Shown here in pieces: positions 9,577 through 18,890 of a stretch of DNA of 62,240 nt. Source of the stretch: an uncultured Candidatus Saccharibacteria bacterium (GTDB lineage: Bacteria; Patescibacteriota; Minisyncoccia; Phycocordibacterales; UBA9973); NCBI GenBank assembly GCA_964397435.1, contig CAYNHU010000003.1, positions 29,731 to 91,970 of the forward strand. The letters run 5' to 3'. The notes beneath the pieces are model-generated. The model was not told the DNA's origin. It made no database searches and saw nothing but the letters and a program-made list of their open reading frames with translations. Positions within the stretch are counted from its first letter, which is position 1. Each line of letters begins with the position of its first letter. The position numbers and the translations under genes were made by a program.

Positions 9577-10343
9577 TTCTCGAGAAATTCAGGTTTCAAA
9601 ATACCGTTCAATTCTCCCAGTGGAATTGGTACTTCGATGATACCAGCTGCGTATGGTGCGATTGCGTACTGCTGGAAGATGATAATGAGATCACTGCCAC
9701 TAAACGCGAAAGCTTTAAAGTTTGAAGCATCTGGGCCAGCACTTTCGGCAAGCCATTCTGTGTTGATGACGTCTTTGTAGTTCTCAAGTGCGAGCGCGTG
9801 TTTTTTAACAAGTCCACTGAATGTATCCACTGCAGCAGTATTCACAAAAAGATCTGCCGCCTGAATTTGTTTACCTGTTCGGTCATACGTAAATGTTTCT
9901 GCTGTTGTACCGCCGTGTGCCCCACCAGTATATGTGTATGTATCAATACGATGTGTCAAAAAGTGAGTGTTACCGTATGCGCGGTATTCAGTCACAAACG
10001 CATACTGACGATCTTTGTTTGGGCCAAATATTTCAAGCTGTTCAGCTGTAAATTTCGCTGGATCATTTTCCTTGCGGAATTCATCAAGTTTCGCAGCGAG
10101 CAATCCTTTGATATAGTCTGCACCAATAATGTTAATCGGATATTGTGTTTTGATTTCAAATGCAGGATTTGAGGTATCTTCAACAACTTCTGTTTTAATA
10201 GTTGTCGCATCAAAATTTATAAGCGTAGTTTCAGTACCTGCACTTGGGTGCTCTGGTGTGAAATTTTCTTTGAGAAAGACCGTTACTCCTGCCAAGATGA
10301 CAAGAACCGCAAAGAGAATGATTTTTGCATAGTTTTTATTCAT
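9573..10343 (-). CDS. DUF3298/DUF4163 (RsiV/PdaC-like) domain protein, membrane-anchored
   Basis: TM at the N-terminus. Motifs YTYTGGAHGGT and LIIIFQQYAIAPYAAGIIEVPIP. ATG at 10343 (MNKNYAKIILFAV) is preferred. Confidence 0.7.
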   Translation of the reverse strand: MNKNYAKIILFAVLVILAGVTVFLKENFTPEHPSAGTETTLINFDATTIKTEVVEDTSNPAFEIKTQYPINIIGADYIKGLLAAKLDEFRKENDPAKFTAEQLEIFGPNKDRQYAFVTEYRAYGNTHFLTHRIDTYTYTGGAHGGTTAETFTYDRTGKQIQAADLFVNTAAVDTFSGLVKKHALALENYKDVINTEWLAESAGPDASNFKAFAFSGSDLIIIFQQYAIAPYAAGIIEVPIPLGELNGILKPEFLEN

Positions 10344-10384
10344 ACCGTAAGTATACTCCGAAGCGATATCATTCGTCCAATAGC

Positions 10385-10419
10385 GAATCCCCACGACGGC
10401 TACGCCGTCGTGGGGATTC
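10385..10419 (-). terminator. perfect GC-rich hairpin downstream of dnaK
   Basis: The sequence is gaatccccacgacgg cta ccgtcgtggggattc, a 15-bp perfect stem with a 5-nt loop (ctacg) between the arms. The T-run is better on the plus side (tttcttta), so termination on the minus strand is less certain. Confidence 0.5.
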
Positions 10420-10437
10420 TTTCTTTATATCTAGAAA

Positions 10438-12339
10438 CTATTCACTTTTAGGTGATTCATTGGTCTCTGCGTCGCGAATCTTTTCATCCTTTATCTCAGC
10501 ATTCTGAGCTTCTGGAGTAGGATTTGTGCCTGCCTGACCAGCTTTGTTCATTGCTTCGCCAATCTTTGAGATTGAAGCAGAGAGTTCCTGACTTGCTTTG
10601 GTGATTGCTTCGAGATCTGCGCCGTCTTTGATACCCTTGAGTGCAGTGATCTTGCCTTCGATTTCAGTTTTGACATCAGCTGGCACTTTGTCGCCGTACT
10701 CTTTGAGTTCTTTTTCAGCTGAGAAGATCATCATTTCAGCAGTATTTTTGACTTCGACTGCTTCTTTCTTTTTCTTGTCTTCTTCTGCGTGAAGTTCAGC
10801 ATCTTTCTGCATCTTTTCGATATCTTCTTTTGAAAGACCAGATGAAGCTTCGATGCGGATTGTCTGAGTTTTTCCTGAAGCTTTGTCCATCGCCTTCACG
10901 TTGAGAATTCCGTTTGCATCAACATCAAATGTCACTTCAACCTGTGGCATGCCTCGTGGTGCTGGTGGAATACCGTCGAGAATGAATCGGCCGAGAGATT
11001 TGTTGTCAGCGGCCATTGGTCGTTCACCTTGCGTGATATGAATTTCTACACTTGTCTGATTATCAGCTGCTGTTGAGAACACCTGAGATTTTGATGAAGG
11101 AATTGTTGTGTTTTTCTCAATGAGTTTTGTCGCCACGCCACCGAGTGTTTCGATACCGAGTGAGAGTGGGATAACATCAAGGAGGAGCACATCGCGAACA
11201 TCACCTTTGAGCACGCCGCCTTGTACAGCTGCACCGAGGGCAACTACTTCGTCAGGATTAACGCCCATATGTGGATCTTTGCCGAAGTATGCCTTCACTG
11301 CATTTTGAAGCGCTGGCATGCGAGTCTGTCCACCAACCAAGATAACTTCGTTGATTTCATTGATTTTGAATGGTGAAGCTTCAAGCGCACGTTTTGTAAT
11401 CATCATTGCGCGATCGATGAATTCCTGTGTAAGACCTTCGAGTTCAGCTCGAGTCATCGTGCGGACCAAGTGAAGTGGGCCAGCTTCGCCAGAAGTAATA
11501 AACGGAACGTTGATTTCAGTCTGAACAGCTGTAGAAAGTTCAATCTTTGCTTTTTCAGCAGCATCATCGAGACGCTGACGAGCAAGCGCATCTTTGCGGA
11601 GGTCAATACCATTTTCTTTCTGGAAACCATCAGCCAACCAGTTAATGATTTTCTGATCAATATCCTTACCGCCCAAGTGTGCGTCACCATCTGTAGACTT
11701 CACTTCGATGACATCATCGCCGACTTCGAGGATTGAGATATCAAATGTACCTCCACCGAAGTCGAAGACTGCAATCTTTTCATTTTTGTTTTTGTTGAAT
11801 CCGTATGCAAGCGCGGCTGCAGTTGGTTCGTTAATGATACGCTTCACGTCCAAGCCTGCGATTTTACCCGCATCTTTTGTTGCCTGTCGCTGTGCATCGT
11901 TGAAGTACGCTGGAACTGTAATAACTGCTTCTGTGATTGGTTCGCCAAGACGAGCTTCAGCATCAGCCTTCATTTTACCGAGAATCATCGCTGAAACTTC
12001 TTCCGGACGATACCACTTGTCGCCCATTTTTACTTCAACGCCGCCGTTTGCAGATTTCTGCATGTCGAACGGAACAGTTTTGACGTCTTTCTGAACATCA
12101 GCTTCTTCAAAGTTGTGACCGATGAAGCGCTTGATCTGATAGACAGTATTTTTTGGATTAGTTACACTCTGACGTTTTGCAACGACACCAACGAGACGTT
12201 CGCCAGTCTTTGACTCAGCGACGATCGAAGGAGTTGTGCGCATACCTTCCGCATTTTCCAATATTTTTGGCTGGCCACCTTCGATGATAGCGAAAGCCGA
12301 GTTTGTTGTACCGAGGTCGATACCAAGAATTTTTGACAT
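10438..12339 (-). CDS. dnaK: molecular chaperone DnaK (Hsp70)
   Basis: Motifs [27 protein letters not shown] and [11 protein letters not shown]. Confidence 0.97.
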   Translation of the reverse strand: MSKILGIDLGTTNSAFAIIEGGQPKILENAEGMRTTPSIVAESKTGERLVGVVAKRQSVTNPKNTVYQIKRFIGHNFEEADVQKDVKTVPFDMQKSANGGVEVKMGDKWYRPEEVSAMILGKMKADAEARLGEPITEAVITVPAYFNDAQRQATKDAGKIAGLDVKRIINEPTAAALAYGFNKNKNEKIAVFDFGGGTFDISILEVGDDVIEVKSTDGDAHLGGKDIDQKIINWLADGFQKENGIDLRKDALARQRLDDAAEKAKIELSTAVQTEINVPFITSGEAGPLHLVRTMTRAELEGLTQEFIDRAMMITKRALEASPFKINEINEVILVGGQTRMPALQNAVKAYFGKDPHMGVNPDEVVALGAAVQGGVLKGDVRDVLLLDVIPLSLGIETLGGVATKLIEKNTTIPSSKSQVFSTAADNQTSVEIHITQGERPMAADNKSLGRFILDGIPPAPRGMPQVEVTFDVDANGILNVKAMDKASGKTQTIRIEASSGLSKEDIEKMQKDAELHAEEDKKKKEAVEVKNTAEMMIFSAEKELKEYGDKVPADVKTEIEGKITALKGIKDGADLEAITKASQELSASISKIGEAMNKAGQAGTNPTPEAQNAEIKDEKIRDAETNESPKSE

Positions 12340-12653
12340 ATGGTTTTTATGAATTAATTAGCTAATAATTTTTTAGAGACAAAATCTAAATTATAATTTT
12401 TTGTATAGTCTGCAAGATCTTTTTCTAAATCTTCAATATTTGGTCTAGAATTTAAAATATTTTTCTTTTCATCTTTTGTTGGAATTGTCCACAATCAATA
12501 TTGATGATCTCTTTTTTCTATAATAAAAGTTTGAGTTTCTCCGCTCTTTGTATTTTTTTATATATATACTCTACATTTTCATTCATATTTATTATTTACA
12601 TTTTTTTCGCGACCACTAAATCTATGTTGAATATTATATTCATCCATGATAGT

Positions 12654-13196
12654 ATGTCAAGCATGAAGAAAAATAACGACTTTTCAAAGAAAATCCTCAA
12701 GGTTTTGTCTGAAAAACCCGCTATTTCCGTGCCCGAACTGACTGAGAAGGTGGAAACTGATCCTAGTAATAAAAAACTCTCCTACGCCATCACACGCTCT
12801 CTGAAGGGTCTTCGAGAGGCCGGCTACGTCGAGCAATTACCGGGAGCCCAAAGCGAATACGCCCGATTGACCAAGGAAGGCAAGAAAAAGGCTCACAGCC
12901 TCAAATTGGAAGCTACAACTACCCTGCCAAGCCCAGTTTGGGATGGTTTCTGGCGTATCATTATCCTTGATCTCCCTGAAGATCGCAAAGCCGAACGCGA
13001 ATCACTCCGCTACCTCCTCAAAAAAGCCGGATTCGTCTGTCTCAAAAATTCTGTCTGGATTTCAATGTATCCATTTGAGCACTTGTTTAAGAACATCAAA
13101 AAAGATCTTGGTCTCACCACTGAGTTCATTATTTTCGTCACGAACACTATCGACGAAGAAACTGAAATTGAATTTTTGAAAACATTTCAGCAGTAA
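12654..13196 (+). CDS. winged-helix transcriptional regulator with a PaaX-C/Cas2-fold C-terminal domain
   Basis: KKILKVLSEKPAISVPELTEKV and GLREAGYVEQL look like a wHTH. WDGFWRIIILDLPEDRKAERESLRYLLKKAGFVCLKNSVWISMYPF is PaaX C-domain-like. ATG at 12654 or 12663 is preferred; the first 51 codons of the track ORF run through AT-rich spacer. Confidence 0.65.
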   Translation: MSSMKKNNDFSKKILKVLSEKPAISVPELTEKVETDPSNKKLSYAITRSLKGLREAGYVEQLPGAQSEYARLTKEGKKKAHSLKLEATTTLPSPVWDGFWRIIILDLPEDRKAERESLRYLLKKAGFVCLKNSVWISMYPFEHLFKNIKKDLGLTTEFIIFVTNTIDEETEIEFLKTFQQ

Positions 13197-13236
13197 GCGT
13201 TAGTTTTAAGAACGGTATTTTTTGCCAAAAATAAAA

Positions 13237-13260
13237 GCCGGGATGTCCCGGCGTTTTATT
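13237..13260. terminator. bidirectional intrinsic terminator
   Basis: Stem gccggg / cccggc with loop atgt. It is flanked by aaaataaaa upstream and gttttatt downstream, so it has a U-run in both orientations. Confidence 0.7.
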
Positions 13261-13330
13261 ATTTCTTTGGAGTCTTAGCTTTCTTTGGCTTCTTTACCTC
13301 CTTGCGGCGGCTGTCGTTTCCTTTTGCCAT
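13259..13330 (-). CDS. candidate 23-aa highly basic micro-protein (MAKGNDSRRKEVKKPKKAKTPKK)
   Basis: Found by hand; it is below the ORF-track length cutoff. ATG at 13330 and TAA at 13259-13261, which abuts the bidirectional terminator. Confidence 0.3.
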   Translation of the reverse strand: MAKGNDSRRKEVKKPKKAKTPKK

Positions 13331-13404
13331 GATTTTATTTTTTATACTAGTAACGTGTATACATTGTACACTGTTTTTATTTTTGTGGAAAGATTTTTGT
13401 GTGA

Positions 13405-13671
13405 TTAGTTGCCTTCGAGTTTGTCTACGCGGGCGGTTAGTCTATCGAATGCATGCCACGGTACGAAACGATCATTGATCTGATCGATTTTGTTTTCAAT
13501 ATCATCAAAACGTTCATTAACGTGAGCTTCTAGGGCTTTAAATCTAGCATCAACGACTTCGAATCTCGCATCTACAGCTTCAAATCGGGCGTCTACCCGT
13601 TCGAAACCATGAGCAACCATGCTCACCAAATCTTCAAGTGTTATTTTGTTTGCGCGCTTTTCTTGAGACAT
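13405..13671 (-). CDS. small coiled-coil protein with a VDARFEx heptad repeat
   Basis: Sequence reads MSQEKRANKITLEDLVSMVAHGFERVDARFEAVDARFEVVDARFKALEAHVNERFDDIENKIDQINDRF. The track start at 13686 is GTG; ATG at 13671 is preferred. Confidence 0.65.
   Translation of the reverse strand: MSQEKRANKITLEDLVSMVAHGFERVDARFEAVDARFEVVDARFKALEAHVNERFDDIENKIDQINDRFVPWHAFDRLTARVDKLEGN
13541..13603. repeat. three degenerate 21-nt tandem repeats (coding)
   Basis: The units aaatctagcatcaacgacttc, gaatctcgcatctacagcttc and aaatcgggcgtctacccgttc encode the VDARFEx heptads on the minus strand. Confidence 0.6.
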
Positions 13672-13716
13672 ATGTATAGTATACACCTGCGATATGAAGA
13701 AAAGATAAAGAAAAAG

Positions 13717-14325
13717 CTATTTTTTAATCCAGATATTCACACGTGCAGGGCGAATGAGGCGATCCTTTGCTTTGTAGCCTTTTTGGATGATTTTTACGAT
13801 TTTGTTTTCGAGAGCAACGTCTTCAGTTTCTGTATTTTGCATTGGTTCGTGCAGTGTTGGGTCAAAGAGATCGCCTTCTTGGACTGGAATTTCTTCGATA
13901 CCGTTGTCGTTGAGCACTTTCAAAAGCTGCTGGTGAATATATTCAACACCCATGCGCCAGTTTTTGTCGACTTTCTCCCATGTTTCTTTGTTTGCAAATG
14001 CCATGTCGTACGCGTCCAAAACTGGAAGCAAGTCTTCCATGATTTTCTCACGGACGTAACCGCCAAGCTGTGCACTGCGAGCCATTTCATCCTTTTTATA
14101 ATTCTGAAAATCCGCACGTTCTCGCTGGAGCTGTGTGAGGTAGTCTAGTTTCTGTGCGTTAGCCTCTTTGAGGTCTTTGCGAAGTTTTTTGAGAGTCGCT
14201 TTGAGGTCTTCTTCGCCATCGGCGTTGAAAACAAACTCAACGACATCATCTTCATCTTCGGTTTCTGGTGCTCCTTCAAAAGAGGCTTCTGGTTGTTGAT
14301 TTTGTTTGATTTCTTCGTCTGACAT
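13717..14325 (-). CDS. grpE: nucleotide exchange factor GrpE
   Basis: Acidic N-terminus, a long helix (LRERADFQNYKKD) and the C-terminal GrpE beta domain (GYKAKDRLIRPARV). Confidence 0.9.
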   Translation of the reverse strand: MSDEEIKQNQQPEASFEGAPETEDEDDVVEFVFNADGEEDLKATLKKLRKDLKEANAQKLDYLTQLQRERADFQNYKKDEMARSAQLGGYVREKIMEDLLPVLDAYDMAFANKETWEKVDKNWRMGVEYIHQQLLKVLNDNGIEEIPVQEGDLFDPTLHEPMQNTETEDVALENKIVKIIQKGYKAKDRLIRPARVNIWIKK

Positions 14326-14365
14326 ATGTAGATATTATACTCGGCTCGAGTTATTTTTCAATCAG

Positions 14366-15610
14366 TTACGCCGCTATACCTGCAACATACCCCGTTGTCC
14401 AACAAAGCTGGAGTGAGTAGCCGCCTGACGGACGATTGATGTGAAGTAAATCACCTGTGACGTACATGTTTGAGAGAACTTTTGAACGCATGGTTCGAGT
14501 GTCGATTTCTTCGAGACTCACACCACCATCGGCAACCACAGCGCGATCAAACCCCATGAGACCACTCACAGTTAGTGGCAACGCTTTGAGTAGGTGCACA
14601 ATTCGTTTACGATCTTCCTTGCTTACACTATGCACTTTTGTTTCAAAATTAACTTCAGGCAGCAATGATTGAATCGCGTGTGACGTTCCTTCAGGAGTGA
14701 TTTCTTTAAAAATGTTTTTGAGCATTTTATTTTTGTTTGCATCAAATACAGCGAGGATTTGTTTCTCAAGTGAACCGTGATCGGTATCTGGATATGCGTC
14801 GATTTCAGTGTACACAGGGCCTTCTTGCAGCAAGTCCGCCACTTCAGTTGCGCTATTTAAAATAAGTGGGCCTGAGAGTCCAAAGTGTGTAAACAAAACT
14901 TTCCCTTTTTTAGAAATTTTGCGCTTGCCGTTGAGGAAAAAACTAATTTTCATAAATGACAATGAAATACCTGCAAGTGAGGTAACCCAATCTTCATCAA
15001 CAGCGAGCGGTACGATTGTTGGCGTTGGCTTTTTGACAGTGTGGCCGAGTTGCGCGAGCCAGCGGAAACCATCACCAGTTGAACCTGTTTCTGGGTGTGA
15101 TTGCCCTCCTGTTGCGATGATATACGCATTGGCGCGGTACGAACCATTGTCAGTCACAACTTCAGTGATAGCGCCATCTTTGTGTGTGATTTTTTTGACA
15201 GTCGTATTTGTTTTGATGGTTACTTTTTTAGCATCCAGACCTCGTTTGAGAATATTGAATACATCACTCGCCTTTTCTGTTTTTGGAAATACGCGATTAC
15301 GTGCCTGTGTTACAAGCGGCAAACCGCGAGACTCAAAAAAAGTAAATGTATCCTGCGCAGAAAATTGAGAGAATGGTGAATGCAAAAATGGTTCTGCTTT
15401 GCCGTAGATTTTGAGAAATTCACGCACGTTAAATTGCGCGTTGGTAATGTTACAACGTCCACCACCAGTAATCTTGAGTTTCTCACCGAGATGTTTGTTT
15501 TTCTCGAGAATGAGAACACACTTACCTGCCTCAGCAGCAACAAGCGCTGCCATCATACCTGAGGCACCGCCGCCGACTACTAAAACATCATATGCGTGTT
15601 GTTGTTCCAT
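14366..15610 (-). CDS. HI0933/BaiN-like NAD(P)/FAD-dependent oxidoreductase
   Basis: Motifs YDVLVVGGGASGMMAAL, KLKITGGGRCNITN and C-terminal GGYSLQLCWTTG. Confidence 0.8.
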   Translation of the reverse strand: MEQQHAYDVLVVGGGASGMMAALVAAEAGKCVLILEKNKHLGEKLKITGGGRCNITNAQFNVREFLKIYGKAEPFLHSPFSQFSAQDTFTFFESRGLPLVTQARNRVFPKTEKASDVFNILKRGLDAKKVTIKTNTTVKKITHKDGAITEVVTDNGSYRANAYIIATGGQSHPETGSTGDGFRWLAQLGHTVKKPTPTIVPLAVDEDWVTSLAGISLSFMKISFFLNGKRKISKKGKVLFTHFGLSGPLILNSATEVADLLQEGPVYTEIDAYPDTDHGSLEKQILAVFDANKNKMLKNIFKEITPEGTSHAIQSLLPEVNFETKVHSVSKEDRKRIVHLLKALPLTVSGLMGFDRAVVADGGVSLEEIDTRTMRSKVLSNMYVTGDLLHINRPSGGYSLQLCWTTGYVAGIAA

Positions 15611-15618
15611 TGCTGTGA

Positions 15619-15627
15619 ACTATACCA
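15619..15627 (-). promoter_or_regulatory. extended -10 TGgTATAGT, 8 nt upstream of the oxidoreductase ATG
   Basis: The minus strand reads tggtatagt tcacagca ATG(15610). Confidence 0.4.
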
Positions 15628-15634
15628 TATCTCT

Positions 15635-15659
15635 AAAACAAAAACTCCCCGAAGGGAGC
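15635..15659 (-). terminator. intrinsic terminator after rpsI
   Basis: The minus strand reads gctccc ttcg gggag followed by tttttgtttt. Confidence 0.7.
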
Positions 15660-15681
15660 TCTTGTGTGAAAATTCTTGGAA

Positions 15682-16080
15682 TTAACGCTTTGACCACTGT
15701 GGTGATTTGCGGGCCTTTTTGAGACCGAACTTTCGGCGTTCCTTCGCGCGAGGATCTCGCTTGAGGTAGCCTTCTTTTTTGACAACTGAACGAAATGTTT
15801 CGTCGAGTTCAACGAGAGCTCGAGCGAGACCGTGACGAACAGCTTCTGCTTGTGAGTGAATACCACCGCCGATAACTTTAACTGTGATTTCAAAATCCTT
15901 TTCAGGTTTTGCTGCAGTCATTGCATCGTAGATGATTTTAATCAATTCACGTGTTGGGAAATATTCCTTTGCATCCTTGCCATTCACAACAATAGTGTTC
16001 TTTGCGGCTGGAGTGATGCGTACACGAGCGGTTGCTGTCTTGCGTCGTCCTGTTGTTTCGATGTATTTCTTTTTTTCCAT
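15682..16080 (-). CDS. rpsI: 30S ribosomal protein S9
   Basis: GRRKTATARVRI near the N-terminus; the C-terminus ends in KKARKSPQWSKR. Confidence 0.95.
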   Translation of the reverse strand: MEKKKYIETTGRRKTATARVRITPAAKNTIVVNGKDAKEYFPTRELIKIIYDAMTAAKPEKDFEITVKVIGGGIHSQAEAVRHGLARALVELDETFRSVVKKEGYLKRDPRAKERRKFGLKKARKSPQWSKR

Positions 16081-16081
16081 A

Positions 16082-16426
16082 CTATTCAGAAACAGTTAAA
16101 TTCTTCATAAGCTTTGGACGAAGCTTGTTTGCAGGGAGCATGCCGTACACAGCAAGCTTGAAGAGTTCACCGTAACCCTTGCGAGTTGCAAGTGTACTCA
16201 TCTTTTCTTTTGTCAAACCGCCTCGGTAACCTGAGAATCGTGAGTAGGTTTTTGTATCAAGTTTTACAAGAGAAATTTTCGCTTGTGCAACGTTGATAAG
16301 GTGCACCTTGTTTTCTGACACTGTGTGTCGTTCGAATGTAGCTTTGTCCTTGCCCATCAAGAGTTTTGCGACAGCACTAGCTGTTCGGCCGAGTGTCTTT
16401 CCTTTTGCGTCGATTGTGTGGATCAT
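16082..16426 (-). CDS. rplM: 50S ribosomal protein L13 (short form)
   Basis: Motifs IDAKGKTLGRTASAVAKLLMGK and YGMLPANKL. ATG at 16426 is preferred; the track start at 16438 is TTG and overlaps rplQ. Confidence 0.9.
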   Translation of the reverse strand: MIHTIDAKGKTLGRTASAVAKLLMGKDKATFERHTVSENKVHLINVAQAKISLVKLDTKTYSRFSGYRGGLTKEKMSTLATRKGYGELFKLAVYGMLPANKLRPKLMKNLTVSE

Positions 16427-16430
16427 ATGA

Positions 16431-16784
16431 TTATACAAAAGCGATTATTGCCATAGGTGCGCCGTCCGACTTACGTGCAGGTAATTTGACGATACGTGTG
16501 TAACCACCCGTGCGTGAACTAAAACGTTCAGCGAGTGGGCCCATGAGTTTCTGAACATCATTATCGTGGTTCATGAGCTTTGCGTTCAAAAGACGTCGAT
16601 TGTGAGCACCACCAGCTTTCGCCTGAGTGATCATTTTTTCAACGTATGGACGCAATTCCTTTGCCTTGGCTTCTGTAGTAGTGATGCTCTCTTTCTTGAT
16701 AAGAGAAAGAGCGAGACCCTTCAAGAGCGCGCGGCGCTGGTTCTTGTTTCTTCCGAATTTTCGTACGTTATTGTGGTGTCTCAT
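16431..16784 (-). CDS. rplQ: 50S ribosomal protein L17
   Basis: MRHHNNVRKFGRNKNQRRALLKGLA and GGYTRIVKL. Confidence 0.95.
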   Translation of the reverse strand: MRHHNNVRKFGRNKNQRRALLKGLALSLIKKESITTTEAKAKELRPYVEKMITQAKAGGAHNRRLLNAKLMNHDNDVQKLMGPLAERFSSRTGGYTRIVKLPARKSDGAPMAIIAFV

Positions 16785-16798
16785 ACTTAAAATCTAAA

Positions 16799-17776
16799 TT
16801 ATTTAAGCGCCAATCCGTACTCGTCGAGTGTACGCTTAATTTCTTCTATACCCTTTTCTCCCAAACCGTCGATCTCGAGGAGATCTTCTTCCTTTTTGCG
16901 TGCAATACCCCCAAGTGTTCGGATATTTGCTGCATTAAGCGCATTAAGGGTTCGGGTTGAAAGGTTCAATGTGTCGATACGTGTCTTCATCACGTCTGTT
17001 ACGTCTTCTTTGACTGAAACTGATTCTTTTACTGTATCAAGCGTTGCAACATCTACTACTGGAGCTTCTGAACGAACGAGATCAACTTTAAAGTCAAAAA
17101 TAGCCTGGAGCTGGAGGATCATGATTTCGATAGAACGTTCAAGAGCCTGGCGTGGTGTGAGTGTACCGTCAGTTTCGATGATGATGCGGAGGCGGTTGTA
17201 GTTTGTCTTGTCACCGTAACGCATGTTTTCTACTTCGTAGGCAACACGGCGGATTGGAGCAAAAATAGCATCAACAGCAATTGTGCCGATGTCTACTTTA
17301 CCTTTCTGGTGTATGTCACGTGGAACAAAACCGAGACCTTTTTCGATAGTAATTTCTACTTCGAATTTTGAACTCTTGTCTGTTAATTCACAGATGTACT
17401 GTTCTGGATTCAAAACTTCAACCTGACCAGTGACTTTGATATCTGCTGCAGTAACCTGCTTTACGCCTTTAGCTGAGATAGTCACAACCTGTGCTTCATC
17501 AGTCAAAAGCTTGAAGCGTACTTTCTTCAAGTTCAAAAGGATAAGAACGACATCTTCTTTGATGCCTTCTACTGTTGAAAATTCGTGTGCTACACCGTCA
17601 ATTTTGACAGATGTAATAGCCGCACCTGGGAGAGATGACAAAATAATGCGGCGGAGACTGTTGCCGAGTGTATGACCGTAACCTGGGTAGAGATTATCAA
17701 TCTCGTAGGTTCCCTTGCGATCATCTTCACTGACGATGCGAGGCTTTGAAGGCAAAATGATGTTATAGTCTGACAT
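16799..17776 (-). CDS. rpoA: DNA-directed RNA polymerase subunit alpha
   Basis: Alpha NTD (PGYGHTLGNSLRRILLSS-like) and alpha CTD (LNLSTRTLNALNAANIRTLG). Confidence 0.96.
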   Translation of the reverse strand: MSDYNIILPSKPRIVSEDDRKGTYEIDNLYPGYGHTLGNSLRRIILSSLPGAAITSVKIDGVAHEFSTVEGIKEDVVLILLNLKKVRFKLLTDEAQVVTISAKGVKQVTAADIKVTGQVEVLNPEQYICELTDKSSKFEVEITIEKGLGFVPRDIHQKGKVDIGTIAVDAIFAPIRRVAYEVENMRYGDKTNYNRLRIIIETDGTLTPRQALERSIEIMILQLQAIFDFKVDLVRSEAPVVDVATLDTVKESVSVKEDVTDVMKTRIDTLNLSTRTLNALNAANIRTLGGIARKKEEDLLEIDGLGEKGIEEIKRTLDEYGLALK

Positions 17777-17833
17777 ATATAATTTGAGCTATATTTTTTT
17801 GCTTCGTTCTGAGACCAATCAGAACGTTTAACA

Positions 17834-18436
17834 TTAACGACTATAAAATTCGAGCACTGAACTGATGTTCAAAAATCCTTCGGTGTTCTTTGGTTTGCCG
17901 GTAACTTTACCTTCAATACTGCTTTCATCAAGAGTAACCCAATCTGGTTGCTTGTATGTCTTCAAACGTTCTGCGAGATTTGCAAAAAGTGCTGATGTTT
18001 TACTTCCAGCGCGTGGAGTAATAACATCTCCGATTTTTGTTCGGAATGATGGGACAGTTGTGCGTACACCGTTTACTGTGAAGTGGCCGTGTGAGACCAT
18101 CTGACGTGCGAGACGGCGTGTGTGAGCGAGGCCGAGGCGGTACACAACGTTATCCAAACGACTTTCAAGAAGTTCGAAGAGGTGTTCCTGAGTTGAACCC
18201 TTTTTCGCTGTTGCTTCTTTAACGTAGTTTGAGAGCTGACGTTCTGTAATGCCGTAACTGAAGCGGATCTTCTGTTTTTCAATAAGCTGCTGACCGAATT
18301 CAGAAAGAGCTTTAGGGCGCTTTGATGACGCCTTTGCTTTGCGCTGTGATGATGCGACGAATTTAGGAGTCTGGCATTTTTCAAAAACACCAGCACCGAG
18401 ACGACGACCAATTTTATACTTAGGTTTCTTTAACAT
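17834..18436 (-). CDS. rpsD: 30S ribosomal protein S4
   Basis: RLDNVVYRLGLAHTRRLARQMVSHGHFTVNG (S4 domain). Confidence 0.95.
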   Translation of the reverse strand: MLKKPKYKIGRRLGAGVFEKCQTPKFVASSQRKAKASSKRPKALSEFGQQLIEKQKIRFSYGITERQLSNYVKEATAKKGSTQEHLFELLESRLDNVVYRLGLAHTRRLARQMVSHGHFTVNGVRTTVPSFRTKIGDVITPRAGSKTSALFANLAERLKTYKQPDWVTLDESSIEGKVTGKPKNTEGFLNISSVLEFYSR

Positions 18437-18441
18437 AACGA

Positions 18442-18870
18442 TTATACGCGACGAGGCTTCTTAGGCTTAGGACCATTGTGTGGAACAGGAGTTTCGTCTT
18501 TGATACCAGTGATTTCCATACCGTGTGCCATGAATGAACGAACGACTGGTTCGCGTCCTGATCCAACACCACGGATAACAACATCTGCTTCTTTGACGCC
18601 AAGTGCTGCTGCTTTTTCACCGATAACATCGCCAACTTTTGAAGCTGCGAATGGAGTGCCTTTCTTTGCACCCTTGAAACCGAGCGCACCGGCTGAAGAC
18701 CAAAAGAGCGTGCCGCCTTCCTTGTCAGAGAAAACAACTTTCGTATTGTTGAATGTTGCTTCAATGTGAAGTGTACCTGCGACAACTTTCTTTTTTGGCG
18801 CGCGTGAAGTAGTACTACCTGAAGTAGTTTTACCAGCGCTCTTTGGAGTTGTAGTTTTTGTCTTTGCCAT
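18442..18870 (-). CDS. rpsK: 30S ribosomal protein S11
   Basis: Motifs GTLHIEATFNNT, GFKGAKKGTPFAA and DETPVPHNG. Confidence 0.95.
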   Translation of the reverse strand: MAKTKTTTPKSAGKTTSGSTTSRAPKKKVVAGTLHIEATFNNTKVVFSDKEGGTLFWSSAGALGFKGAKKGTPFAASKVGDVIGEKAAALGVKEADVVIRGVGSGREPVVRSFMAHGMEITGIKDETPVPHNGPKPKKPRRV

Positions 18871-18890
18871 TGGTAATTCTTAATAATTAA

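Noticed and set aside
12360-12494. 46-codon minus-strand frame in the dnaK upstream spacer, starting at TTG and reading [46 protein letters not shown]
   Set aside because: It is immediately preceded by an in-frame TGA and has no ATG. Its K/N/I/L composition is what AT-rich DNA yields by chance. It could be a gene relic, but that is not supportable.
12340-12653. CIRCE (HrcA operator) upstream of dnaK, and upstream of grpE at 14326-14365
   Set aside because: No TTAGCACTC-N9-GAGTGCTAA-like inverted repeat was found by eye. The sequence ttagctaat-N-tagagac is not a match.
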